This document shows, piece by piece, positions 49,316-58,380 of a stretch of DNA of 64,000 nucleotides. The position numbers and the translations under genes were made by a program. Position 1 is the first letter of the stretch; every line of letters begins with the position of its first letter. The notes under the pieces were generated by a model. That model was not told the origin of the DNA. It ran no database searches and saw nothing but the letters and a program-made list of their open reading frames with translations. Location: contig CP147778.1 of the NCBI GenBank assembly GCA_037305845.1, positions 3,200,001-3,264,000 of the forward strand, given 5' to 3'. This DNA comes from Candidatus Freyarchaeum deiterrae (GTDB lineage: Archaea; Asgardarchaeota; Jordiarchaeia; Jordiarchaeales; Jordiarchaeaceae).

Positions 49316-49582
49316 TTGAAAATACTTCTACACGAGTTGGATGTTGAGGATTTTGATCACCTAGATGATGAGTTAGATAGTTGTCTGGAGGAATGCAGAG
49401 AGAGAGTACGCGACCCATCGGTTTCGCGAGAGCTCATAGTTGAGAATATAAAAATATTGCAGGAAATATCCATCGCTATCGAAGGATATCAAGCTGGGGT
49501 AATAAGTTCAGAAAGGTTACAGGAAATCAAAACAAACCTACTGAAAAATAAAAACGCCATATATGTCGAATATCTAAAATAA
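49316..49582 (+). pseudogene. Small helical hypothetical gene separated from its start codon and RBS by the IS
   Basis: Removing the IS joins GTG AGT (47873-47878) in frame to GTA AAA ATT ATT TTA GAC GGT TTG (49295 onward). Confidence 0.7.
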
Positions 49583-49609
49583 ATTTGAAATTTTGGGTGT
49601 GTTCAACTT

Positions 49610-51052
49610 CTAATAGATTTTTTCCGTCAATTTGTAGAGTTCTTGTGCTTTGTTCTGTAATAGTGAATAATTCTTAATATTGGGGTGGTATACCTCTCTT
49701 TCTTTTGCTAATCTTCTTGAAAACTCCTTTATGGAGTATTCTTTACTTAAGCCAGCTACTGCCGCTAGGATTGCTGATCCAATGGCTGGTTCGTCTGTTT
49801 CGACGGTTTTTACTATTCTGCCTGTTGCGTCCGCGATTATTTGACATTGTATTTTGCTTTTGGATCCGCCGCCGCATAATGTTATTTCGTTAATCTTCTG
49901 CTTTGTTATTTCGGAAATTATTTCCAGCAGTCTGTTCAGAGTTATGGCGTTACTCTCCATGAATGAACGAAATATATGTGCAGGGGTGAAGTTTTTCTTG
50001 GTTATTCCTATAAGGAAGCCTCTCACATTGGGATTGTGGTCGGGTATTCTGCTGCCCATCCACTCGGATTGTGCTATTAAACCATCGCAGCCTGTTGGAA
50101 CATTCTCGGCTTCTTTATCCAAAATTTGGATTGCCTTGTTTACCAGTGAGCATAGAGCGTCTAGGGGCAGGGTTCCGGCGTTCGTGGCACCACCTACAAG
50201 GAAGCTTTTCTGAATATATGGCTTATAGTAAATTCTACCCTTCTTGTCGGGGGTTACCTTATTAACCACTCCATGAACTACGAGCGAGGTTCCAATGTTT
50301 ACGTTCACCTCACCAACTTCCACAGTTCCTGTGGCAATATCACCGGCTGAGGAGTCGGTAACCCCATTAACCACTGGTATGCCCTCTGGTATTCCCGTAG
50401 CTCCGCTCGCCTCGGGAGTTACCTGACCAACTATTTCGCCTATCGGGGCTACGGTTGGGAGATAATCTTTGTTGAAGCCGAGTTCCTCCAAGATTTTTGA
50501 GTGAAAATCACATGTATCCGGATCGATGTGAGTCTTGCTCGCAATGTTGGGGCTGGTCACTATTATGTCACATAGCTTCATTGTTAAAAAGTCGTTCTCG
50601 TGAAGAAATTTGAAAACTTTATCCGCGATTTCATGCTTCTTCAGTAACCAGAGGCATTTGGGAAGTGCGAGTGAAGCGTCGAGAGGTAAAATTTCTTGAA
50701 ACTCTCCACACGTAGCACTTTGGCTAAGAATCTCGTTAACCTCCTCCTGAGCCCTCTGGTCATTATACATCAATGCTGCGTGTAAAGGTTCCCGCTCCTC
50801 ATTTATCGGAATTATGGTGGAACTCGTAGCATCCACACAAACCGCGGCGACTGATTTTATGTCCTTAATATTACTGAGAAGAGAACACAACTTCTCCCAT
50901 ACTTCCAATACATCCCTTTCACAATACAGGGGTTGAGGCTGTTTCATCATGCAGGAAATTTCACTCGATACGAAATCAACAAGTTCTCCTCTTCCGTCTA
51001 TAATAGACGCTTTTATCCTCGCACTCCCTATATCTATCCCAAGGAATTTCAT
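49610..51052 (-). CDS. FGGY-family carbohydrate kinase (xylulokinase-like)
   Basis: LGIDIGS, ALMYNDQRA, GVTDS, NIGTS, GGGSKS. Confidence 0.9.
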   Translation of the reverse strand: MKFLGIDIGSARIKASIIDGRGELVDFVSSEISCMMKQPQPLYCERDVLEVWEKLCSLLSNIKDIKSVAAVCVDATSSTIIPINEEREPLHAALMYNDQRAQEEVNEILSQSATCGEFQEILPLDASLALPKCLWLLKKHEIADKVFKFLHENDFLTMKLCDIIVTSPNIASKTHIDPDTCDFHSKILEELGFNKDYLPTVAPIGEIVGQVTPEASGATGIPEGIPVVNGVTDSSAGDIATGTVEVGEVNVNIGTSLVVHGVVNKVTPDKKGRIYYKPYIQKSFLVGGATNAGTLPLDALCSLVNKAIQILDKEAENVPTGCDGLIAQSEWMGSRIPDHNPNVRGFLIGITKKNFTPAHIFRSFMESNAITLNRLLEIISEITKQKINEITLCGGGSKSKIQCQIIADATGRIVKTVETDEPAIGSAILAAVAGLSKEYSIKEFSRRLAKEREVYHPNIKNYSLLQNKAQELYKLTEKIY

Positions 51053-51319
51053 TTTTGGAATTCTCCACCTTTTATAATTTAACAGAAATATGAAGTATTA
51101 ATAAAGTGCATTATGTCATACACTCATATTCAAACTTTGAATACCTCAAATTCGATCATTTTCAGTATTAGTTCTTTATTCTATCAAAGTGAAATAAACT
51201 TGTTTCCATTGTAATTTCTTAATAAGTTTTTAAAGCCTGGAAAAGCCAAAAAAACTTTGGCGTAGAAAATATATATTGAACTTTGCTTATTTACTACTCA
51301 TATTAACTTTATTTTCGGG

Positions 51320-52510
51320 GTGGGTACTATTTCAAAGCTTTCTAATGATATCCAGTCACTTCTGATTGAATTATTCAAAACCACTTTGAATATAGCCCAT
51401 GCTCATGCCAGTGAAGATGTTTTAGGCGAAGCCATCAAAAATTTGAAAGGATACAGTTTACGTGACTTCGGTAGCCTTATTTCTAACACCAACCAATCGG
51501 TATCTACTTTTGTTTCCTTCTTCGAGGACTACATTAAAGCTATAAAAGAGTCATTTGACTTTCTGAGCGAGTTGCTGAAAATCCTAGGGGTAAAAAATAT
51601 TGGGGGCGTGTTCCTAAGAAAAGTTGATTTAAGGTCAACGGTCAAGCCATCGGAAATTGATATAGACCTTTTAAAATTTCAGTTGAAAACAGCCTTGGAG
51701 TACCTGTTCCCAAAGGTGTTAGAACTAGCATCCTCCGTTTTCGAAAAATCCAAAAAGCTTCCTGATTCAGCAAAGTCTATTGAATCTGAAGTAATTGAAA
51801 ATTTTAAAAATTCATTTGAAAATACCAACAAACAGGGGTTGGACTTCACAAGAGCGCTTTACTCGACATCTGAACTAATATTCAAGGAAGAAGACCCATC
51901 AAGGTGTGTAAATCTTCTCATTCAAATCATTGAGAGTGCTATCGATCTAGCTCAAAAATTATGGCAATCGACCAAATTCACACCCCTCTTTACAAAAGAT
52001 TGGATTAAATACGATATGAACGAAATAACCGAAACCGCTGAGAAATTCTCGGAAATAAAAATGAAAATAGACATACTAACAAAATGCAGAGAAAAAACCT
52101 ATGAACACGAAATGAACGTTTTCATGATAATTTTGAGAGCACTCTGGGGTAGTGAAGAAATAGTAATTGAAAAGGTAGGTAGAATCATGCAAACTCTTTT
52201 GCAAGAGAGAAATCAAGCCGTGGATGCCGGTGAACTCCTACCCCCCAAAATTCCTGTCAAGGATCTATCATTCACATTAGCACTAGCACGCAGCGAATTT
52301 GAGCTATCAAAAAATGCGTCAGAGAGAGTAAAAGAAAATATGGAAGCCTTGCTTCAGGCAGGAGAATGGCTCAAAAGCCCAATAATGCACCACATACATG
52401 AAACCATGACCAAAAGAATGGAAATTAAAGACAAATATGACGAAAAGATTCTAGAAATTCTTCTCGAATTACAAACTCTTACAGGAAAAGAGGAACCAGA
52501 AAAGACATAA
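51320..52510 (+). CDS. Hypothetical alpha-helical protein
   Basis: 396-aa ORF with host-like composition; no motif recognised. Confidence 0.7.
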   Translation: MGTISKLSNDIQSLLIELFKTTLNIAHAHASEDVLGEAIKNLKGYSLRDFGSLISNTNQSVSTFVSFFEDYIKAIKESFDFLSELLKILGVKNIGGVFLRKVDLRSTVKPSEIDIDLLKFQLKTALEYLFPKVLELASSVFEKSKKLPDSAKSIESEVIENFKNSFENTNKQGLDFTRALYSTSELIFKEEDPSRCVNLLIQIIESAIDLAQKLWQSTKFTPLFTKDWIKYDMNEITETAEKFSEIKMKIDILTKCREKTYEHEMNVFMIILRALWGSEEIVIEKVGRIMQTLLQERNQAVDAGELLPPKIPVKDLSFTLALARSEFELSKNASERVKENMEALLQAGEWLKSPIMHHIHETMTKRMEIKDKYDEKILEILLELQTLTGKEEPEKT

Positions 52511-52616
52511 TCTCTCTCTTAAGATAAAATACTTTTCAAACACACTACCGAGTTTTGGGATCCTAATCAAAATTTATAACAGTTCGTAAAACCAAAAAAG
52601 GAAAGCAGATTTTACC

Positions 52617-53699
52617 TTATGGAATGATCTCGCAGCAATTGTTGATTTCTGGATAATCAAATTCCTTCAAAGAAACCACTTCTTTCTTAATGAGTTCCAC
52701 TATTTTGGGTTTAACTTCTTCGAGTTCTCGGATTAGATGTTTAACTGTTTCGCACACTTTTGCGAATCCTTCTTCCCCCCAGTGCTTTTTCATGTTTGCA
52801 TACAGACAACGTCCTCCACAAACCCAGTAAACCTCACACTCTGGACAGGGAGCTCCCACCCTCATGCTGTTCCACAGTTCTAGGGGATGTGAGTTCCAGA
52901 TATCTCCAACAACGAACTCCGGGTCAGGGGATATAGGGCAAACCGTAATTTTGCCAGAGGGGTGTATGGCGAAGAAGTCAATTCCTGAACCGCACCAGAG
53001 GGAACTTTTCTCTCCCGTGAGAAGTGTTCTCATGACGGGTATAAATGGTACGATTCCCTGAACTTTTCTGTTTGTCTGCATCTCTTCGTACCAGTTTTTC
53101 ACAAGTTTTGATATTCCGGGATTATAGGAGTTGCTAATCCAGTCGTCGAAGTTTTGCCATTCTCCTTCTTTGCTCCAAATAACGTCGAGCTGCCAGTGAA
53201 CATGGTCAAAAGTGGGATTTTCTAATTTCAACAGGTGGGTTACGTCCTCATAAACATCCGAATTCTCGGATATGACCATTCTCGCAATTATGTCTCCTTG
53301 GTAACCTCTGTCTCTCACCAGTTTAACGCTGTCAAGGACTCTTCTGTAAACTCCTTCCCCCCGATAGTGATCCGTAGTGTCTTCTCTTCCATCGATGGAA
53401 GTTACTATGGAGTGAAATCTTTTGAGATAATCTACTCCAACTCCTTCAAGAAAACAGCCATTAGTTTGGAGGATATAATATCTCGCTGGTATGGTGTCCA
53501 TTATTCTCTCCATGAGGGGTATTCTTAGTAAGGGTTCCCCCCCATAAAAAGCAATAACGGGTTCTGAGTCCTTCTCCATAAATTTAAGCAAATCTTCCAG
53601 ATTGTATTGAATCTCTGGGTCGCTGTAAGATTCTTCGGAGCCTCCGCAGTAGATACAGTTGAGATTGCAGCGTCTGGTGAGCAGCACATGATAGTACAT
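52617..53699 (-). CDS. Radical SAM/SPASM protein (AF0577/TIGR04084-like)
   Basis: CNLNCIYC, FYGGEPLL, C-terminal Cys cluster CPEC...CGGRC, ends EIIP. Confidence 0.88.
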   Translation of the reverse strand: MYYHVLLTRRCNLNCIYCGGSEESYSDPEIQYNLEDLLKFMEKDSEPVIAFYGGEPLLRIPLMERIMDTIPARYYILQTNGCFLEGVGVDYLKRFHSIVTSIDGREDTTDHYRGEGVYRRVLDSVKLVRDRGYQGDIIARMVISENSDVYEDVTHLLKLENPTFDHVHWQLDVIWSKEGEWQNFDDWISNSYNPGISKLVKNWYEEMQTNRKVQGIVPFIPVMRTLLTGEKSSLWCGSGIDFFAIHPSGKITVCPISPDPEFVVGDIWNSHPLELWNSMRVGAPCPECEVYWVCGGRCLYANMKKHWGEEGFAKVCETVKHLIRELEEVKPKIVELIKKEVVSLKEFDYPEINNCCEIIP

Positions 53700-53819
53700 G
53701 GATTTATCACTACACTACAATATTCAATCCAGATTAAGCTGAATTAACGAAGTACAATACACAATACATTTGAAAAGTTTTTCTGAATTGCTCAATTCTC
53801 TATTCTAGTACCTGTTAAA

Positions 53820-54590
53820 TTATTCTTTCGGAGCCAATTTTTTGAGCATAGATTTGGCGTTATCGAGCATTGCATGGTCATTATTGAAGAAAACGAATAC
53901 CCTTCTTGGTTTAACCTCCAAAATATTCCGCTTCACTTCTTCCAATTCATTATCAGTGTAACGGTGAGAATACCATTCGGTTCTTCCATGCATCCTTAAA
54001 TAAATCACGCCCCTCATGTGGAAAATATCTCTAGGCATTTCCGGCGCGTCAACTGAGACTAGAGTAATCCCCAGATTTTCGGCCCAAGCACTCCACTTGG
54101 AGTCAAACCATTCTTTGTTTCTGGGTTCTAGAGCGAATCTTTCTCCTAGCTCCGCCTCTGAAATAAATTTTTCAAGATTCTCCACTGTTTTGTTTCTAGG
54201 GACCGAGGATGGTGGAAGCTGGAAGAGGTAAAAGTCGATACTCCTGTCGAGAGGCTGGAATAAATCCCGGAACTTTCTCCAAGTACTGAGGGCTCTCTCG
54301 CTGAATCGGAAAATATGTGTAATATACCGGTTAACCTTAATCGCCCACCTAAAGCGTTCTGGGGTTTTACGAACCCAGCTCGCCACCATGTTCCGAAAGG
54401 GGAATCGGTAATAGCTTGCGTTCAGTTCCACACAGCTAAGGCCCGAGTTAGCCAAATACCAGTCAAGTGAGCCTCCTTTATTCCAAGTATACATCCAGCC
54501 GCTGGTTCCCACATAAAACTCATTGTCCATATCTCTTCCCATCCATTGGCTGTGGATTAAAAATTTAGTGAACTTTTCAAGTTGATTCAA
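53820..54590 (-). CDS. DUF72 family protein (start probably near 54528-54545)
   Basis: VGTSGW, VELNASYYR, LFQLPPS, EPRN, YLRMHGR, FFNND. Confidence 0.92.
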   Translation of the reverse strand: MNQLEKFTKFLIHSQWMGRDMDNEFYVGTSGWMYTWNKGGSLDWYLANSGLSCVELNASYYRFPFRNMVASWVRKTPERFRWAIKVNRYITHIFRFSERALSTWRKFRDLFQPLDRSIDFYLFQLPPSSVPRNKTVENLEKFISEAELGERFALEPRNKEWFDSKWSAWAENLGITLVSVDAPEMPRDIFHMRGVIYLRMHGRTEWYSHRYTDNELEEVKRNILEVKPRRVFVFFNNDHAMLDNAKSMLKKLAPKE

Positions 54591-54713
54591 ATGGTAGATA
54601 GAGAATCCTATTAAATTCTCTTACCTTGAGGAAATTAGATTAAATCAAGCGTTACAAATTTAGAAAGAGTAAACCATAAAAGGTTAAAGATAAATTATCT
54701 TTAATGAGCGGAA

Positions 54714-55622
54714 ATGCAAATCGACGGTATAGTTATAATAGATTCAGTCAGCGGCGTGCCACTATTCTCAAAACTTGATACTATAGATAGTACGCTATTC
54801 TCCGGTTTTGTAACTGCCATACGCAATTTTTCCTCTGAACTCTCACTAGGAGGTTTATCTTCTTTCTCGACCGAAGAAAAAAACATTTTTCTAGCTGCTA
54901 GAAGGCGGGTTGTTACTGCTATTATTGCTTCTACGGATTTGGAGTTTCAAAAAGTCTATTCATTGGCGTATCAGATTGGTGCAGCGTTTGAAGATATGTA
55001 TGAATTAACAGAGTCGCCAGACCAGGATAAATTCAAAGGTTTTTCTACAAGGCTGGAAGGAATTCTTAAGGAAAAGGAAGTTCCCTTTCTTTTGGAGGCG
55101 GCAGAATTCGCTAAAAAGGAATTCGGAGGAGCGATATCCATTAGACCCGAATTAAAAGTTGAACATGGAAAAACAATGGTAATTGATTTAGTAGTTGATA
55201 GAGGAAAAAGGAACCCGGAAGGTGTACTTAATAGATTAGTCCAGAGAAGATGGAAAGCGTTTTCTGAGGATATTACCTTCGTCAAGGTCATTGATGGAAT
55301 TGCCGGTAGAGGAGAGGTAATGGACTTTATTGACTCTCTAAGGAGTGTTGGTGAAGAATCGGGAATGCACATCCGTAACCATAAGGATCGAGCTGCAGAA
55401 GAATTCCCATATTTTCCCGCTCGAGCAGCAGTTGTGGCCCGCGATTATTCTCCTACCGTATTCGAAGAGATGGAAAAGCTTCTAAGGGTTGAAGGAAAAG
55501 CATGCATCGCGGGTGATCAAATCACTCGGCAAGCAAGGGGAAAATATTTCCCTGATTCATCAAAGTGTTTCATTGAACTTTGGAAGTGGAAGGAAGGTTA
55601 TCCTGAAAGGGTGTTCTGTTAA
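54714..55622 (+). CDS. Longin-like domain fused to a restriction-endonuclease-like (PD-(D/E)xK-fold) domain
   Basis: N-terminus IIDSVSGVPLFS...LFSGFVTAIRNFSSEL...F...Y; C-terminus VIDLVV...TFVKV...GRGEVMDF...AAVVARDYS. Confidence 0.6.
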   Translation: MQIDGIVIIDSVSGVPLFSKLDTIDSTLFSGFVTAIRNFSSELSLGGLSSFSTEEKNIFLAARRRVVTAIIASTDLEFQKVYSLAYQIGAAFEDMYELTESPDQDKFKGFSTRLEGILKEKEVPFLLEAAEFAKKEFGGAISIRPELKVEHGKTMVIDLVVDRGKRNPEGVLNRLVQRRWKAFSEDITFVKVIDGIAGRGEVMDFIDSLRSVGEESGMHIRNHKDRAAEEFPYFPARAAVVARDYSPTVFEEMEKLLRVEGKACIAGDQITRQARGKYFPDSSKCFIELWKWKEGYPERVFC

Positions 55623-55705
55623 AAATTGAAAATGAATCTTATTTATCGTTAAAATTAGAAAAAGATTTTAAAAAATTAGAAAATGGGGAAGAAGATTCTT
55701 TTTTA

Positions 55706-56188
55706 TTAATATCTTCTGTTTCCTCTACTATATGAACTGTCTCTACCGCCGCCATAGGATCGGTTTCCACCGTATCCGCCGGATCCACCATAGCTTGGTC
55801 TGCTAAATCTCTGTTCCTGTTCGTAAACCTTGTCTGAGAGATTCTTTTCTTTGTTTACTTCCATGCTCCCTCCGTCTTCAGCTTCCTCAATGTTTCCGTA
55901 TTTACCGACGTTCAATCTCAGAGATCCCTTGAAAATGTTAGTATAACCGTTATTGAGTTTATAAACGCTACCGACTTTAACCTTGTCTATGTCATCGTTC
56001 CAGAGAGTTAATAGAATGCTTGCGGAACTGTCACCTACTGTTGCTTCGGTGACTCTGTTGGTGTCTCCGGTTTGTCTTGATGCAATCTCTCTTTCGTCAT
56101 TTATTGATTCGATTTTAAATTTTACATTTACACTTTTAAGACCTGGTCTTAAATTCTCAACAATAAAATCTTTCTGTTCAGTTGACAT
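55706..56188 (-). CDS. ssb: Single-OB-fold SSB with a Gly/Arg-rich tail
   Basis: VENLRPG..SVNV, VGDSSASILLTLWND, NGYTNIFKGSLRLNVGKYG. Confidence 0.92.
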   Translation of the reverse strand: MSTEQKDFIVENLRPGLKSVNVKFKIESINDEREIASRQTGDTNRVTEATVGDSSASILLTLWNDDIDKVKVGSVYKLNNGYTNIFKGSLRLNVGKYGNIEEAEDGGSMEVNKEKNLSDKVYEQEQRFSRPSYGGSGGYGGNRSYGGGRDSSYSRGNRRY

Positions 56189-56322
56189 CTCAAATCATCT
56201 TTTTTAACAAACTAAATTTTGTAGAAAAAAAGGGTCAAAAGCTGAAAAACCAGCTCTAATCAATTTTCTCTATGCTAAAAGCATATACAGCCCCCGCATA
56301 TAAACATTTTTGAAAATCCCTA

Positions 56323-57702
56323 TCAGATTATGGGAGTCAGCCGGATTCCTTCATCATGAGATGAGATGTTGTAGATTCCTGTCTTTGGCCGCATTCCGTA
56401 CATGATCAAGGAGTTGTACAAATGCTTGAACACAAATTGTGTTTCCGATAGGTGGCTGAAGGGGTCAACCTGGTTTATCCCACTTTTCGCAACGCCGATT
56501 AGGACAGCCTCCTCAGCGATCTTTTTGTCCAATGCTTCATCGATAAATCGGATCATACCATCATATCCGAATCGTACCTGTAGTGTGTCGAGGCCGATAA
56601 AGACTAGTGGCTCTTTATCAGTTTCTGATTTGGATAGGTCATCTTTTTGGAGGAAGACCTCAAGCTCCTTTGTTATGTCTTCTGTTTCCGGTTTGTATGT
56701 TAAATAGTTCTTGGACGATTTCTTAGATGGAGGAATGCCCATTGAAGGTATATCAAGTACTCCTCGATTGTTAAGAATTGCGTTGTGCTGGATCTGTCGG
56801 ATTATTTCCATGTATTGTCTACCGACGCCGTATTCAATCTCGAAGAGGTTGAAGCTACCTTTTAAGAACCCCCCTGTTATATCATCAAAATCTTTTATGC
56901 CTGAGGATACGTGTTCACTATCTATGTCCGGGACAGCCGCCCTCGGGGTCATATCCAAATTCTCGCGGTACGGTTCAAAGCATTGAAAACCATCCTTCAG
57001 AGTGAAGAGGGTACGTTTCTGTCTGAGCTCCGTGCCCCTCATCTTGATTATCTCCATCGCTCTTGCAGTTCTTACTTCTGTTTGTTCAGGATATGTATCA
57101 CTGTCTCTTGAAGGTTCATAAACGTCGATGTCTTTGAGTAGTATGACGCCATCAGCTACAAACTCCTCGATTCCCATTCCGATTTGCTTCTGGCCGCGGG
57201 GGACTTCGGATATGATAATGGTGGTGCATCCAGACTTTCTAACCATTTTTCCCAGAATCGTGTGAACAACGATTCGGACATTTATCTTGTTTTCAAAGGC
57301 TTGAGCCAGCGCGGAGTAACTGTCTATAACCAGCCGTTTAGCATCAAGTCTCTGAATTTCGTTCAAAATTGATTCCAATACACTGGTTATACCCTCTTCC
57401 TTCACTGTAATGTTGTCTAGGAAGCTGAATTTTTCAGACTTGATGTATTTTTCGTATTCACTACCCAGATGCTTGGTCATGTTATGCAGGAAGGTTTCCT
57501 CGCCCTCAGCAAAGGAAACATAGATCCCGGCTTCCCCCGACTGGATACCATTGCAGAGAAACTTAACACTGAAAGCTGTCTTCCCTGACCCGGGATTACC
57601 CGCCAGAAGAATCAAGCTTCCGCTGGGGAAACCGCCTTCAATCAGCTGGTCTAACCAAGTTATCCCTGTTGGGACCCGTTCTTCGCTCAAAAGTACATTC
57701 AC
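56323..57702 (-). CDS. KaiC/RAD55/GvpD-like ATPase (active N-domain, degenerate C-domain)
   Basis: GNPGSGKT, LVIDS, EEFVADG, KMRG; second domain SSGIKDFDDITGG without Walker A. Confidence 0.88.
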   Translation of the reverse strand: MNVLLSEERVPTGITWLDQLIEGGFPSGSLILLAGNPGSGKTAFSVKFLCNGIQSGEAGIYVSFAEGEETFLHNMTKHLGSEYEKYIKSEKFSFLDNITVKEEGITSVLESILNEIQRLDAKRLVIDSYSALAQAFENKINVRIVVHTILGKMVRKSGCTTIIISEVPRGQKQIGMGIEEFVADGVILLKDIDVYEPSRDSDTYPEQTEVRTARAMEIIKMRGTELRQKRTLFTLKDGFQCFEPYRENLDMTPRAAVPDIDSEHVSSGIKDFDDITGGFLKGSFNLFEIEYGVGRQYMEIIRQIQHNAILNNRGVLDIPSMGIPPSKKSSKNYLTYKPETEDITKELEVFLQKDDLSKSETDKEPLVFIGLDTLQVRFGYDGMIRFIDEALDKKIAEEAVLIGVAKSGINQVDPFSHLSETQFVFKHLYNSLIMYGMRPKTGIYNISSHDEGIRLTPII

Positions 57703-57927
57703 CTTCCAATAATAATAGCAAACATATTTTTAAATAGTTGAATATTACGAATTTATAATTTATTTTTTACATCAGCCAATAAATCGCAAACATCTTACAA
57801 TTTTTTACGCATTATGCATATATTTCCGTTTGAACAATTTTTTCTTTGCATAAGGTTTCTGGTGTAATGTTACTACCTCGGTTTAAAGGAATCTATTCAT
57901 GCAAGGATTCCTATTCCTGGATTGCGG

Positions 57928-58380
57928 TTAGGGCAGATAGCCCAGTTCCTTGGCTCTTGATTCGACGAACTCTGCGACCTTTTCTTCGCTGAACTTCTTC
58001 TTTTCTTCTTGCTTTTTCAGGAGTTCTCTTATTTTTCTTAGGAGGTCGTCAATGTCTTCTATGGGTTTCGTCACGAATCCATCGGCGCCCTTATTCACGG
58101 CTTCAATGGCGTTTTGCATCGTAGGAAAACCGGTAACTATTATTTTGACCATCGGGGGGAAGGTTTCTTTCATAGCGGTTAAGAGTTTTGTTCCCTCCAT
58201 GTCTGGAAGTCTAATGTCTATTAATGCGAGATTATAGAAATTTGCCTTGGTTTTCCTGATTGCTTCGTTTCCATCTTCTGCAGTTTCAACAATGTATCCT
58301 TCGTCTTCCAGTATGGTTTTCAGGACCATCCTTATGCTTTCATCATCGTCTATAACAAGGATTCTAGCAGTTTCACTCAT
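57928..58380 (-). CDS. Response regulator (receiver domain)
   Basis: ILVIDDD, LIDIRLP, VTG, TKP. Confidence 0.93.
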   Translation of the reverse strand: MSETARILVIDDDESIRMVLKTILEDEGYIVETAEDGNEAIRKTKANFYNLALIDIRLPDMEGTKLLTAMKETFPPMVKIIVTGFPTMQNAIEAVNKGADGFVTKPIEDIDDLLRKIRELLKKQEEKKKFSEEKVAEFVESRAKELGYLP

